Below are positions 1-16,525 of a stretch of DNA of 64,000 nucleotides, in pieces. The notes beneath the pieces were generated by a model that made no database searches, had not been told where the DNA came from, and was given only the letters and a program-made list of their open reading frames with translations. Within the stretch, counting starts at the first letter, position 1. Each line of letters starts with the position of its first letter. Location: positions 135,160,001 to 135,224,000 of the forward strand of contig OZ024740.1 of the NCBI GenBank assembly GCA_964016885.1, given 5' to 3'. Both the position numbers and the translations under genes were made by a program. Source of the stretch: Eledone cirrhosa. Its lineage: Eukaryota.

Positions 1-1165
<1,165 letters not shown>

Positions 1166-3293
1166 CATCATCATCATCATCATCAACGTTTAACGTCCGT
1201 GTTCCACGCTTGCATGGGTTTGGACGGGGGTAGTCCCACTTGAGGCAAGAGTGATTGTCTTGCTCGCATAGGACTGTCTGGCAGGTTTTCTACAGTTGGA
1301 TGCCCTTCCTAACACCAACCACATTTACAGTGTGGGTCTGGGAGGTTTTTACCGTGTTGCCTACACGGCCACATTACAGCGTGGACTGTGTGTTTTTTTG
1401 TCGTGACACCTACACGATCTCATTTGTTTCGGCCTCGATGGCGCGGCACCAACATAACTTTACATAGAACGGGGTGGTGTGGATCGGGTGGGGGTGGTGG
1501 GACGGGGTGTATTTGTTAGAGATGCCTACTGGCTGGAGTAGGTTTTACTATATATTTAGGTAAGGCGGGTCTTCTCTGTTACTGAGTACCGCCAAAGGTC
1601 TTGGTCCAGTGACATTGTCTTGGAGAGGTGCAAGTGTGTGATGTCGGAGTTTATCAGCTCGTCCCAGGTTTTTCTAGGTCTGCCTATTCCGTGACTACCG
1701 TCTATCTTTATTGCCCTGCACTTTGTTATACAGCTATCGACTTTCATGCGCATCACGTGTCCATACCAACGTAGCCTTCTCTCGAGTAAACAACATCTGA
1801 TCCCTCTTATCTCTAATTTATTCCTTAGTTCGTTTATGCTTTGCCGTTCACGTATATTACTGTTACACATCCAGCGGAGCATGCAAGCTTCGTTCCTCTC
1901 TAGTCTGCGTATATCCTCTGCACACAATGCCCAGGTCTCACTGCCATGCAGCATTGCTGTTCGTATGCAGGCATCGTACAACCTGCCTTTCATTTTTAGT
2001 GAGAACCCTTTAGCAGCTAATAGTGGTATAAGCTCTCTGAACTTTTTCCAACCAGTTCTGACTCTAGCTACAGTACTTTCAGAGCACCCTCCCCCACTGC
2101 TGATTTTATCGCCCAGGTAACGGAAGCTGTCCACTATTTCTATAGAACCCTCTGCGCAATTGAAAGAGCTAGTAGTTTGTGGGCACTTGCTGCTACTTAT
2201 TGCACCAGAGCACCGGCCACATGTAAAATCTATGTTCTTAGTTAGCCTACCTGTGATCCCACTACATCTTTTATGCACCCATACTTTGCATTTAGGACAT
2301 AAAATGGAGTTTCTACCTACGCCTTTCCTACACACCGAGCACGACCATTTCCCAGAAGGGACCGCCGCCTTGTTTTCTTTCCTACAAACTAGTACTTTGG
2401 TCTTAGCCAGGTTAATTTTAAGTCCTTTTGACTCTAGGCCGTGCTTCCATGTTTGGAATTTCTTCTCTAGCTCGGCCATTGATTCCGCTATGAGTGTCAG
2501 GTCGTCTGCGTATAGGAGTTCCCATGGGCAGCCTGTCTTGAACTCCTCTGTTATGGCCTGAAGGGCAATAATAAATAGTAGTGGACTGAGAACAGAGCCC
2601 TGATGGACGCCGACTTTTACGCTAAACTCTTCACTATATTCGTTGTTAATTCTAACCTTGCTGACTGTTTCTTTATACATGGCTTGTATAGCCCTCACAA
2701 GCCATTCGTCAACGCCTAGTTTTCTAAGAGCCCACCAGATAATGGAGCGGGGGACTCTGTCGAAGGCTTTCTCCAAGTCGACAAAAGCTAAGTAGAGGGG
2801 TTTACCTTTAGCTAGGTACTTCTCTTGTAGTTGTCGTACTATGAAAAGAGCGTCTGTGGTACTTTTGCCTGACACAAACCCGAACTGCATTTCATCTAGG
2901 TCAATTCTCTCTCTGATTAGTTGCGCTATTACTCTTTCCGTGACCTTCATGACCTGGTCGATTAATTTAATGCCTCTATAGTTACTCCTATCTAGGGCGT
3001 CTCCTTTACCCTTATAACAGTTAACGATGATGCTGCTATGCCAGTCCTTCGGAACAACCCCGTTTTGTACGACTTGGTTAACTATGCGGGTGACCATGGT
3101 GTGTCCCACCGTGCCAGATGCCTTCAGCATCTCAGCAACTATTTCCGAAGGCCCAGCCGCCTTACCAGTCTTCATATCCTTGATTGCCTTACTTACTATA
3201 CTCCCCTCGACTAACACTGCTGGTCCCTCTATTGGGTCGATATGGGGGAGACTGCCTTTCTCCCAATTATTCTCCTCATTTAGAAGCCTTTCA
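1166..3293 (-). mobile_element. 5'-truncated RTE-clade LINE, copy 1 (RT ORF 1556-3217, 3'UTR, (ATG)n tail)
   Basis: ORF has RT motifs [54 protein letters not shown] and GRPRKTW. Ends GACGTTAAACGTTGATGATG on the minus strand. Nearly identical to 8846-10983. Confidence 0.95.
1556..3217 (-). CDS. RTE reverse transcriptase (N-terminally truncated) with embedded PHD-type C4HC3 finger
   Basis: 553-aa ORF with YADD; CSVC..CPKC..HKRC..CGRC lies between the KTKVL and FRYLG motifs. Confidence 0.85.
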   Translation of the reverse strand: MLVEGSIVSKAIKDMKTGKAAGPSEIVAEMLKASGTVGHTMVTRIVNQVVQNGVVPKDWHSSIIVNCYKGKGDALDRSNYRGIKLIDQVMKVTERVIAQLIRERIDLDEMQFGFVSGKSTTDALFIVRQLQEKYLAKGKPLYLAFVDLEKAFDRVPRSIIWWALRKLGVDEWLVRAIQAMYKETVSKVRINNEYSEEFSVKVGVHQGSVLSPLLFIIALQAITEEFKTGCPWELLYADDLTLIAESMAELEKKFQTWKHGLESKGLKINLAKTKVLVCRKENKAAVPSGKWSCSVCRKGVGRNSILCPKCKVWVHKRCSGITGRLTKNIDFTCGRCSGAISSSKCPQTTSSFNCAEGSIEIVDSFRYLGDKISSGGGCSESTVARVRTGWKKFRELIPLLAAKGFSLKMKGRLYDACIRTAMLHGSETWALCAEDIRRLERNEACMLRWMCNSNIRERQSINELRNKLEIRGIRCCLLERRLRWYGHVMRMKVDSCITKCRAIKIDGSHGIGRPRKTWDELINSDITHLHLSKTMSLDQDLWRYSVTEKTRLT

Positions 3294-3329
3294 TATATAT
3301 ATGTATATATATATATATGTATATATATG

Positions 3330-3402
<73 letters not shown>

Positions 3403-3427
3403 GTATATATATATGTATATATATGTA

Positions 3428-4017
3428 TCATCAGGGTTGCAGGTGTGATATCAGAGTTTTCCTTCTCCTAGAATTCTGCCTTGACAAAGGCTAAGGGGTC
3501 ATCTCTCCCGGTGATTTTGGATGGCCATTGACTTTTAAGAGCTCCTTTGCCCTTTGACAGGTTTTGTTTTTAGTCCTGCAGGATGTCCAAAGTCACCCTC
3601 CTCACCAAGAAACCTTGGTGGGGTTGCCAGTTTAGTCGCCAACGACCCGACCATGGGACAGGTTGTACTGGGATACATGTTACCAATGATATCCAATGAT
3701 GTTGACTTGTTCTTCTTTTTGGTAAATATCATCTTGGTTAAGAGAGTGGGACTGGCTTTGTGCAGTGCCTTTGCTCACTATAAAAACTTCACGGCACAGG
3801 CATTGCTTTATATCTGGAGATCTCTCTGCACTTGTCGTCACATGGCACCATGGGCCCAGCACTATGTGTCAATAATTGTCACATGTGTAGTGTTTGTACC
3901 GGGGTTTTCAAGTCGCTGGCCGGACTGAAAAGTCACACTCGTTCAGCGCATCGGTAGGGGTTCTCCTACATGGATATAAAGTAGTGGCCGTACTCGAAAA
4001 CGAGTTGGCAGCCACCA
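3428..4017 (+). mobile_element. ~580-bp SINE-like non-autonomous element, copy 1 (5' ~255 bp inverted)
   Basis: 3428-3682 is the reverse complement of 17822-18073; 3688-4017 is colinear with 18076-18403. Ends GCAGCCACCA followed by (TA)n. Confidence 0.75.
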
Positions 4018-7622
<3,605 letters not shown>

Positions 7623-8138
7623 TGAATGTATATTAACTCTTTCTTTTTCTTCAATATACAAACCTTAACTTTACATTATTTTTCTCTTCGTTAATTTTCA
7701 AATTCTTTTAATTTATTCATTATCTTCCAACGGTTTTCAACCTCTCTATGTAAAACAATATATCTTTCTCAGTTATAAAAGCTATCTCTCTCTCTCTATC
7801 ACCCATCTCTCCTCCTATCTCATCCTTCCTCATTATACTCCTCCCTCTCCACCTTTTACTCTCATCTCCTCCTCTTTTTTTCACCCCCCCCCCCCCTCTA
7901 AATAAAATATTTTTCCCAATATCACACATCAATCTAAAACTACTTCTCATATGTTGATTTAAAACTGAACTATCCACAAGTGTTTTTTAATCTTCATATC
8001 ATGTCTTCCTGTTTTATCTGATGAAAACACAAATATTATTGCATGATGATATTTGTTTTTGAAATGCGCATAATAAGATACATGGAACTCTTTTAACCAT
8101 CTTTTGTTCTTATATATTATATATGTATATATATATGT

Positions 8139-8200
8139 CATCATCATCATCATCATCATCAACGTTTAACGTCCGTGTTCCACGCTTGCATGGGTTTGAC
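8139..8200 (-). mobile_element. RTE 3'-tail fragment
   Basis: (CAT)n-CAACGTTTAACGTCCGTGTTCCACGCTTGCATGGGTTTG, identical to the end of the RTE copies. Confidence 0.8.
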
Positions 8201-8762
8201 CTCTTCTAACATACGCCTAACTCCATAGTCCTTCCAACAGCATTTTTAGTTCTTCCAATAGCATTTTTTCTATCCTCTTTCCATTCCCCATGTATTTTCC
8301 AAAACAAATCTCTTGTATTTCTGTCATGCTTGTAAAAATACGGAAGTTTTTGACGTATTTTACTAAGCAAATCTTGTATTTTTGTTCGTTAATACGGGGT
8401 TCTCACTTAAACCTATCCTTCTCGCTAAAACCTACTCTTCTCATATACAGATATTTTAAATATATTTGTTACTTCAAACTCTTAACAATATTTTAAATAT
8501 ATGTTATTATTTCAAACTCTTAATTCCCGCTCCTTAATATCCTCTCCCCCTCCACCACACACTACAACATGCGGTCAAATCACCCCCCCCTCTCTCTCTC
8601 TACCTAACCCATATACATATATAAGACAAAGTAATTCACTTTCGCCAAACTTGTAGCTGAACTTCATTAATTCATGGTTATAATGTAATGTACTCATTTT
8701 TCTACCTCTTCTAACATACGCATATATATATATGTATATATATATATATGTATATATATATG

Positions 8763-8803
<41 letters not shown>

Positions 8804-9242
8804 GTATATATATATGTGTATATATATATATATATGTATATATATCATCATCATCATCATCATCAGCGTTTAACGTCCGTGTTCCACGCTTGCATGGGTT
8901 TGGACGGGGGTAGTCCCACTTGAGGCAAGAGTGATTGTCTTGCTCGCATAGGACTGTCTGGCAGGTTTTCTACAGTTGGATGCCCTTCCTAACACCAACC
9001 ACATTTACAGTGTGGGTCTGGGAGGTTTTTACCGTGTTGCCTACACGGCCACATTACAGCGTGGACTGTGTGTTTTTTTGTCGTGACACCTACACGATCT
9101 CATTTGTTTCGGCCTGGATGGCGCGGCACCAACATAACTTTACATAGAACGGGGTGGTGTGGATGGGGTGGGGGTGATGGTGGTGGGACGGGGTGTATTT
9201 TGTTAGAGATGCCTACTGGCTGGAGTAGGTTTTACTATATAT

Positions 9243-11624
9243 TTAGGTAAGGCGGGTCTTCTCTGTTACTGAGTACCGCCAAAGGTCTCGGTCCAGTGAC
9301 ATTGTCTTGGAGAGGTGTAAGTGTGTGATGTCGGAGTTTATCAGCTCGTCCCAGGTTTTTCTAGGTCTGCCTATTCCGTGACTACCGTCTATCTTTATTG
9401 CCCTGCACTTTGTTATACAGCTATCGACTTTCATGCGCATCACGTGTCCATACCAACGTAGCCTTCTCTCGAGTAAACAACATCTGATCCCTCTTATCTC
9501 TAATTTTTTCCTTAGTTCGTTTATGCTTTGCCGTTCACGTATATTACTGTTACACATCCAGCGGAGCATGCAAGCTTCGTTCCTCTCTAGTCTGCGTATA
9601 TCCTCTGCACACAATGCCCAGGTCTCACTGCCATGCAGCATTGCTGTTCGTATGCAGGCATCGTACAACCCGCCTTTCATTTTTAGGGAGAACCCTTTAG
9701 CAGCTAATAGTGGTATAAGCTCTCTGAACTTTTTCCAACCAGTTCTGACTCTAGCTACAGTACTTTCAGAGCACCCTCCCCCACTGCTGATTTTATCGCC
9801 CAGGTAACGGAAGCTGTCCACTATTTCTATAGAACCCTCTGCGCAATTGAAAGAGCTAGTATTTTGTGAGCAATTGCTGCTACTTATTGCACCAGAACAC
9901 TGGCCACATGTAAAATCTATGTTCTTAGTTAGCTTACCTGTGATCCCACTACATCTTTTATGCACCCATACTTTGTATTTAGGACATAAAATGGAGTTTC
10001 TACCTACGCCTTTCCTACACACTGAGCACGACCATTTCCCAGAAGGGACCGCCGCCTTGTTTTCTTTCCTACAAACTAGTACTTTGGTCTTAGCCAGGTT
10101 AATTTTAAGTCGTTTTGACTCTAGGCCGTGCTTCCATGTTTGGAATTTCTTCTCTAGCTCGGCCATTGATTCCGCTATGAGTGTCAGGTCGTCTGCGTAT
10201 AGGAGTTCCCATGGGCAGCCTGTCTTGAACTCCTCTGTTATAGCCTGAAGGGCAATAATAAATAGTAGGGGGTTGAGAACAGAGCCCTGATGGACGCCAA
10301 CTTTTACGCTAAACTCTTCACTATATTCGTTGTTAATTCTAACCTTGCTGACTGTTTCTTTATACATGGCTTGTATAGCCCTCACAAGCCATTCGTCAAC
10401 GCCTAGTTTTCTAAGAGCCCACCAGATAATGGAGCGGGGGACTCTGTCGAAGGCTTTCTCCAGGTCGACAAAAGCTAAGTAGAGGGGTTTACCTTTAGCT
10501 AGGTACTTCTCCTGTAGTTGTCGTACTATGAAAAGAGCGTCTGTGGTACTTTTGCCTGACACAAACCCGAACTGCATTTCATCTAGGTCAATTCTCTCTC
10601 TGATTAGTTGCGCTATTACTTTTTCCGTGACCTTCATGACCTGGTCGATTAATTTAATGCCTCTATAGTTACTCCTATCTAGGGCGTCTCCTTTACCCTT
10701 ATAACAGTTAACGATGATGCTGCTATGCCAGTCCTTCGGAACAACCCCATTCTGTACGACTTGGTTAACTATGCGGGTGACCATGGTGTGTCCCACCGTG
10801 CCAGATGCCTTCAGCATCTCAGCAACTATTTCCGAAGGCCCAGCTGCCTTACCCGTCTTCATATCCTTGATTGCCTTACTTATTATACTCCCCTCGACTA
10901 ACACTGCTGGTCCCTCTATTGGGTCGATATGGGGGAGACTGTCTTTCTCCCATTTATTCTCTTCATTTAGTAGCCTTTCATAGTGACACTTCCAAGCTAC
11001 CTTCTTATCAGCGTCGGTGATGGCAAGTGTGCCATCGTCGTTTAGTACACACTTCTCCCCGACAATATCACGGTTTTCCTTGACGCATTGCCTAGCAATC
11101 CTGAACACCTCACGTTTTTGGTCATCACGTTGTAGAACATGCTTGAACTTTCTTTCCTCAGCTTCCCTTCTTGCTAAGTACACTTGTCTCCTAGCTTCCC
11201 TCCTGGCCACTTGATAGTCTTCTCTACTTCCCCCATCCCGCCATACTTTCCAAGCCTGCTTTTTGGCCTTAATTGACCCCTCCACCTTACTGTTCCACCA
11301 CCATGTTACTCTCCTCCTGCCTACAGGCCTGCTCCAGCCACAGACTTCGTCTGTCGCCAACAGCAGGTTTGCTTTCAGAAATTCCCACTCTCCCTCTATA
11401 TTGTCCGACTCTAAATGTTCTTCCTTACTGTCGAAAGCATCAAGTAATATGCTTTGAAATTTATTCCTGGCTGTGGGGTCCTTTAGCTTCCATATTTTTC
11501 TCCTGAGGATAGTCCTCTTCTGCTGTCGAGTACGTCTCGTCCTGACTATGAGGTCGCTAATTATCAGTCTATGTTGGGAGGTGCATTCTTCATGGGGAAG
11601 GGATTTAGTGTTTACAACAGACAC
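9243..11624 (-). CDS. RTE ORF (end of APE, linker, RT, PHD finger)
   Basis: 793-aa open frame with TWWWN, YADD and FRYLG; one PHD cysteine is mutated (CPKY). Confidence 0.85.
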   Translation of the reverse strand: MSVVNTKSLPHEECTSQHRLIISDLIVRTRRTRQQKRTILRRKIWKLKDPTARNKFQSILLDAFDSKEEHLESDNIEGEWEFLKANLLLATDEVCGWSRPVGRRRVTWWWNSKVEGSIKAKKQAWKVWRDGGSREDYQVARREARRQVYLARREAEERKFKHVLQRDDQKREVFRIARQCVKENRDIVGEKCVLNDDGTLAITDADKKVAWKCHYERLLNEENKWEKDSLPHIDPIEGPAVLVEGSIISKAIKDMKTGKAAGPSEIVAEMLKASGTVGHTMVTRIVNQVVQNGVVPKDWHSSIIVNCYKGKGDALDRSNYRGIKLIDQVMKVTEKVIAQLIRERIDLDEMQFGFVSGKSTTDALFIVRQLQEKYLAKGKPLYLAFVDLEKAFDRVPRSIIWWALRKLGVDEWLVRAIQAMYKETVSKVRINNEYSEEFSVKVGVHQGSVLNPLLFIIALQAITEEFKTGCPWELLYADDLTLIAESMAELEKKFQTWKHGLESKRLKINLAKTKVLVCRKENKAAVPSGKWSCSVCRKGVGRNSILCPKYKVWVHKRCSGITGKLTKNIDFTCGQCSGAISSSNCSQNTSSFNCAEGSIEIVDSFRYLGDKISSGGGCSESTVARVRTGWKKFRELIPLLAAKGFSLKMKGGLYDACIRTAMLHGSETWALCAEDIRRLERNEACMLRWMCNSNIRERQSINELRKKLEIRGIRCCLLERRLRWYGHVMRMKVDSCITKCRAIKIDGSHGIGRPRKTWDELINSDITHLHLSKTMSLDRDLWRYSVTEKTRLT

Positions 11625-11823
11625 TCTGTCACGTCTTCTGGTAAGGATATAATCTACCTGGCTTGTGTGTTCCCCGGATCTATAGGTGATCAGGTGATTG
11701 TCACGTTTTTTGAAGTTAGTGTTACAGATAGTTAGGTTATTTGCATCACAGAATTCCAGGATTCTGGAGCCTTCCTCATTTCTAGTACCAAACCCATAGC
11801 CTCCATGGATTTCGTCGTAGCCG

Positions 11824-12240
11824 TCACAATGTTGTAATTATATAGTCACTGTCGGATATTTGGGAGGTAGTTAGCATCAGTGTCTCATAGAATCTGTCTT
11901 TTATAGTGCCGGGCAGTCCGGATTGGGGTGCGTACGCAGATATTACTGTCACCGTAGTTCTATTGAGGACAAGTCGTATTTTAATTATTCTGTCGTTCAC
12001 TCTATTTACGTCTATTATCTTATCTGCCCACTTTTCTGCTACCATGATTCCTACTCCACCCAACCCATCGTCGTTTCCCACCCAGAAAAGCTTATAACAT
12101 CGTTTTTTACCCTCAATGAACCTAGCAGACCCACCCCTCCACCTGGTCTCTTGAATACAACAAACATCGACCTCCTTACGTTCAAGCATTTCTACAACCT
12201 CGTTAGCGCGACCCTTTAGGGTGCCTACATTTATGGTACC
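11824..12240 (-). pseudogene. APE endonuclease N-terminal half of RTE copy 2
   Basis: CCIQETRWRG, GLGGVGIMV, DRIIKIRL and ISAYAPQSG; the frame breaks before GDFN. Confidence 0.85.
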
Positions 12241-12445
12241 AACTCTGAAGTTTGGATTGCGTTTGGGGGTTGGGGGCGGTGGGGGGCGGGGGGCGATGGG
12301 GTTATGTTAGCCGTCCGCGGTCGAAACAATAAGGAGTGCTCGCATTCTCGTCCAAGAGGTGAATTTGTCTTTATCTTCGGCATTGTCGCTGAGCGTCCAG
12401 ATTTTTCTCTCTCTCTCCTCCACTCTCCAGGATTCCGCAGTCCAT

Positions 12446-12447
<2 letters not shown>

Positions 12448-12510
<63 letters not shown>

Positions 12511-12522
12511 TGTATATATATG

Positions 12523-12572
<50 letters not shown>

Positions 12573-12614
12573 TATATGTATATATATATATATATGTATA
12601 TATATTTATATATG

Positions 12615-12666
<52 letters not shown>

Positions 12667-12692
12667 CATGTATATATATATATATATGTATG

Positions 12693-12759
<67 letters not shown>

Positions 12760-12784
12760 GTATGTATATATATATATATGTATG

Positions 12785-12855
<71 letters not shown>

Positions 12856-12920
12856 GTATGTATATATATATATATGTATGTATATATATATATATATGTA
12901 TGTATATATATATATGTATG

Positions 12921-12957
<37 letters not shown>

Positions 12958-13484
12958 GTATGTATATATATATATATATGTATGTATATATGTATGTATA
13001 TATATATGTATGTATATATATATGTATGTATATATATATGTATGTATATATATATGTATGTATATATATATATGTATATATATATATATGTATATATATA
13101 TATGTATATATATATATATGTATATATATATATGTATGTATATATATATGTATATATATATATGTATGTATATATATATGTATATATATATATATGTATG
13201 TATATATATATATATATGTATGTATGTATATATATATGTATGTATATATATATATATGTATGTATGTATATATATATGTATGTATGTATATATATATGTA
13301 TGTATATATATATATATATATGTATGTATATATATATATATGTATGTATATATATATGTATGTATATATATATATATGTATGTATATATATATATATATG
13401 TATGTACATATATATATATGTATGTATATATATATATATGTATATATGTATATATATATATATGTATGTATATATATATATATG

Positions 13485-13541
<57 letters not shown>

Positions 13542-13578
13542 GTATATATATATATATGTATGTATATATATATATATG

Positions 13579-13609
<31 letters not shown>

Positions 13610-13682
13610 GTATGTATGTATATATATATATATGTATGTATATATATATATATGTATATATGTATGTATATATATATATATG

Positions 13683-13727
<45 letters not shown>

Positions 13728-13798
13728 GTATATATGTATGTATATATATATATGTATATATGTATGTATATATATATATGTATATATGTATGTATATA
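12448..13798. repeat. (TA)nTG/TATG microsatellite
   Basis: Direct inspection. Confidence 0.98.
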
Positions 13799-14025
13799 TA
13801 AACAATTAAGTCAAAGATGTACATCCATATATGTATACTGAAATACTAGTATGTATATGAATACACACACGTATACATATGTAGATGTACCAAGTTTTTT
13901 CACTGGTCACTTTACTGTGAGTGGCCAGCTATTCTGTATGTAAACACACAGACAAACCGGTTTTTAGAGTCATACTGGTTTTTGAGGAAACACCTTTCCT
14001 CTATTCTCCAGAAAGCCAGACAAGG

Positions 14026-14070
14026 AATATTGAACTAGTTTCGTTGTTGTTACAACTCATCAGCAATATT
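14026..14070 (-). ncRNA. Type I minimal hammerhead ribozyme
   Basis: Minus strand reads AATATTG-CTGATGA-GTTGT(AACA)ACAAC-GAAA-CTAG-TT-CAATATT. Confidence 0.88.
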
Positions 14071-14492
14071 TACCTATCTTCCGGCCTCTCTAGTGAATCG
14101 TAAAAGCACATATCGTTATATGCTTTTCCTATGAAAATTAGTAGTGGGCAGACTAATTTGCATAGAGTGTGAGTAAGTACCGGTTCAACGGAGACGATAA
14201 AAACAAATAACGAAACGAAATTAAATTTCGTTTCGTTTGTAACTCACTTTTGTATGACTGACGCTTAAACAATTAAGTCAAAGATGTACATCCATATATG
14301 TATACTGAAATACTAGTATGTATATGAATACACACACGTATACATATGTAGATGTACCAAGTTTTTTCACTGGTCACTTTACTGTGAGTGGCCAGCTATT
14401 CTGTATGTAAACACACAGACAAACCGGTTTTTAGAGTCATACTGGTTTTTGAGGAAACACCTTTCCTCTATTCTCCAGAAAGCCAGACAAGG

Positions 14493-14537
14493 AATATTGA
14501 ACTAGTTTCGTTGTTGTTACAACTCATCAGCAATATT
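14493..14537 (-). ncRNA. Type I minimal hammerhead ribozyme
   Basis: Same motif, offset +467. Confidence 0.88.
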
Positions 14538-14959
14538 TACCTATCTTCCGGCCTCTCTAGAGAATCGTAAAAGCACATATCGTTATATGCTTTTCCTATG
14601 AAAATTAGTAGTGGGCAGACTAATTTGCATAGAGTGTGAGTAAGTACCGGTTCAACGGAGACGATAAAAACAAATAACGAAACGAAATTAAATTTCGTTT
14701 CGTTTGTAACTCACTTTTGTATGACTGACGCTTAAACAATTAAGTCAAAGATGTACATCCATATATGTATACTGAAATACTAGTATGTATATGAATACAC
14801 ACACGTATACATATGTAGATGTACCAAGTTTTTTCACTGGTCACTTTACTGTGAGTGGCCAGCTATTCTGTATGTAAACACACAGACAAACCGGTTTTTA
14901 GAGTCATACTGATTTTTGAGGAAACACCTTTCCTCTATTCTCCAGAAAGCCAGACAAGG

Positions 14960-15004
14960 AATATTGAACTAGTTTCGTTGTTGTTACAACTCATCAGCAA
15001 TATT
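14960..15004 (-). ncRNA. Type I minimal hammerhead ribozyme
   Basis: Same motif, offset +934. Confidence 0.88.
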
Positions 15005-15426
15005 TACCTATCTTCCGGCCTCTCTAGAGAATCGTAAAAGCACATATCGTTATATGCTTTTCCTATGAAAATTAGTAGTGGGCAGACTAATTTGCATAGA
15101 GTGTGAGTAAGTACCGGTTCAACGGAGAAGATAAAAACAAATAACGAAACGAAATTAAATTTCGTTTCGTTTGTAACTCACTTTTGTATGACTGACGCTT
15201 AAACAATTAAGTCAAAGATGTACATCCATATATGTATACTGAAATACTAGTATGTATATGAATACACACACGTATACATATGTAGATGTACCAAGTTTTT
15301 TCACTGGTCACTTTACTGTGAGTGGCCAGCTATTCTGTATGTAAACACACAGACAAACCGGTTTTTAGAGTCATACTGGTTTTTGAGGAAACACCTTTCC
15401 TCTATTCTCCAGAAAGCCAGACAAGG

Positions 15427-15471
15427 AATATTGAACTAGTTTCGTTGTTGTTACAACTCATCAGCAATATT
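15427..15471 (-). ncRNA. Type I minimal hammerhead ribozyme
   Basis: Same motif, offset +1401. Confidence 0.88.
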
Positions 15472-16013
15472 TACCTATCTTCCGGCCTCTCTAGAGAATC
15501 GTAAAAGCACATATCGTTATATGCTTTTCCTATGAAAATTAGTAGTGGGCAGACTAATTTGCATAGAGTGTGAGTAAGTACCGGTTCAACGGAGACGATA
15601 AAAACAAATAACGAAACGAAATTAAATTTCGTTTCGTTTGTAACTCACTTTTGTATGACTGACGCTTAAACAATTAAGTCAAAGATGTACATCCATATAT
15701 GTATACTGAAATACTAGTATGTATATGAATACACACACGTATACATATGTAGATGTACCAAGTTTTTTCACTGGTCACTTTACTGTGAGTGGCCAGCTAT
15801 TCTGTATGTAAACACACAGACAAACCGGTTTTTAGAGTCATACTGGTTTTTGAGGAAACACCTTTCCTCTATTCTCCAGAAAGCCATCGTCTCCGTTGAA
15901 CCGGTACTTACTCACACTCTATGCAAATTAGTCTGCCCACTACTAATTTTCATAGGAAAAGCATATAACGATATGTGCTTTTACGATTCTCTAGAGAGGC
16001 CGGAAGATAGGTA

Positions 16014-16058
16014 AATATTGCTGATGAGTTGTAACAACAACGAAACTAGTTCAATATT
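16014..16058 (+). ncRNA. Type I minimal hammerhead ribozyme
   Basis: Stem I AATATTG/CAATATT, core CTGATGA (16021-27), stem II GTTGT/ACAAC, GAAA (16042-45), palindromic CTAG in stem III, GUU cleavage triplet (16049-51). Confidence 0.9.
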
Positions 16059-16480
16059 CCTTGTCTGGCTTTCTGGAGAATAGAGGAAAGGTGTTTCCTC
16101 AAAAACCAGTATGACTCTAAAAACCGGTTTGTCTGTGTGTTTACATACAGAATAGCTGGCCACTCACAGTAAAGTGACCAGTGAAAAAACTTGGTACATC
16201 TACATATGTATACGTGTGTGTATTCATATACATACTAGTATTTCAGTATACATATATGGATGTACATCTTTGACTTAATTGTTTAAGCGTCAGTCATACA
16301 AAAGTGAGTTACAAACGAAACGAAATTTAATTTCGTTTCGTTATTTGTTTTTATCGTCTCCGTTGAACCGGTACTTACTCACACTCTATGCAAATTAGTC
16401 TGCCCACTACTAATTTTCATAGGAAAAGCATATAACGATATGTGCTTTTACGATTCTCTAGAGAGGCCGGAAGATAGGTA

Positions 16481-16525
16481 AATATTGCTGATGAGTTGTA
16501 ACAACAACGAAACTAGTTCAATATT
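16481..16525 (+). ncRNA. Type I minimal hammerhead ribozyme
   Basis: Identical motif. Confidence 0.9.

Larger units (their letters stand above)
8846..12447 (-). mobile_element. Near-full-length RTE-clade LINE, copy 2 (APE endonuclease + RT + PHD), disrupted by a deletion/frameshift at ~11825
   Basis: APE motifs INVGTL, CIQETRW, GGVGI, ISAYAPQ (11824-12240), then GGYGFGTRNEEG, QVDYIL and SQHRLII leading into the 793-aa RT ORF 9243-11624. The expected GDFN catalytic motif is missing at the frameshift. Flanked by TA repeats. Confidence 0.93.
13799..15886 (-). mobile_element. 467-bp tandem array, left arm (~4.5 monomers), putative non-LTR retrozyme
   Basis: Exact 467-bp period (ORF-track repeats at 13921, 14388, 14855, 15322) with only a few substitutions. 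The hammerhead is on the minus strand. Confidence 0.85.
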
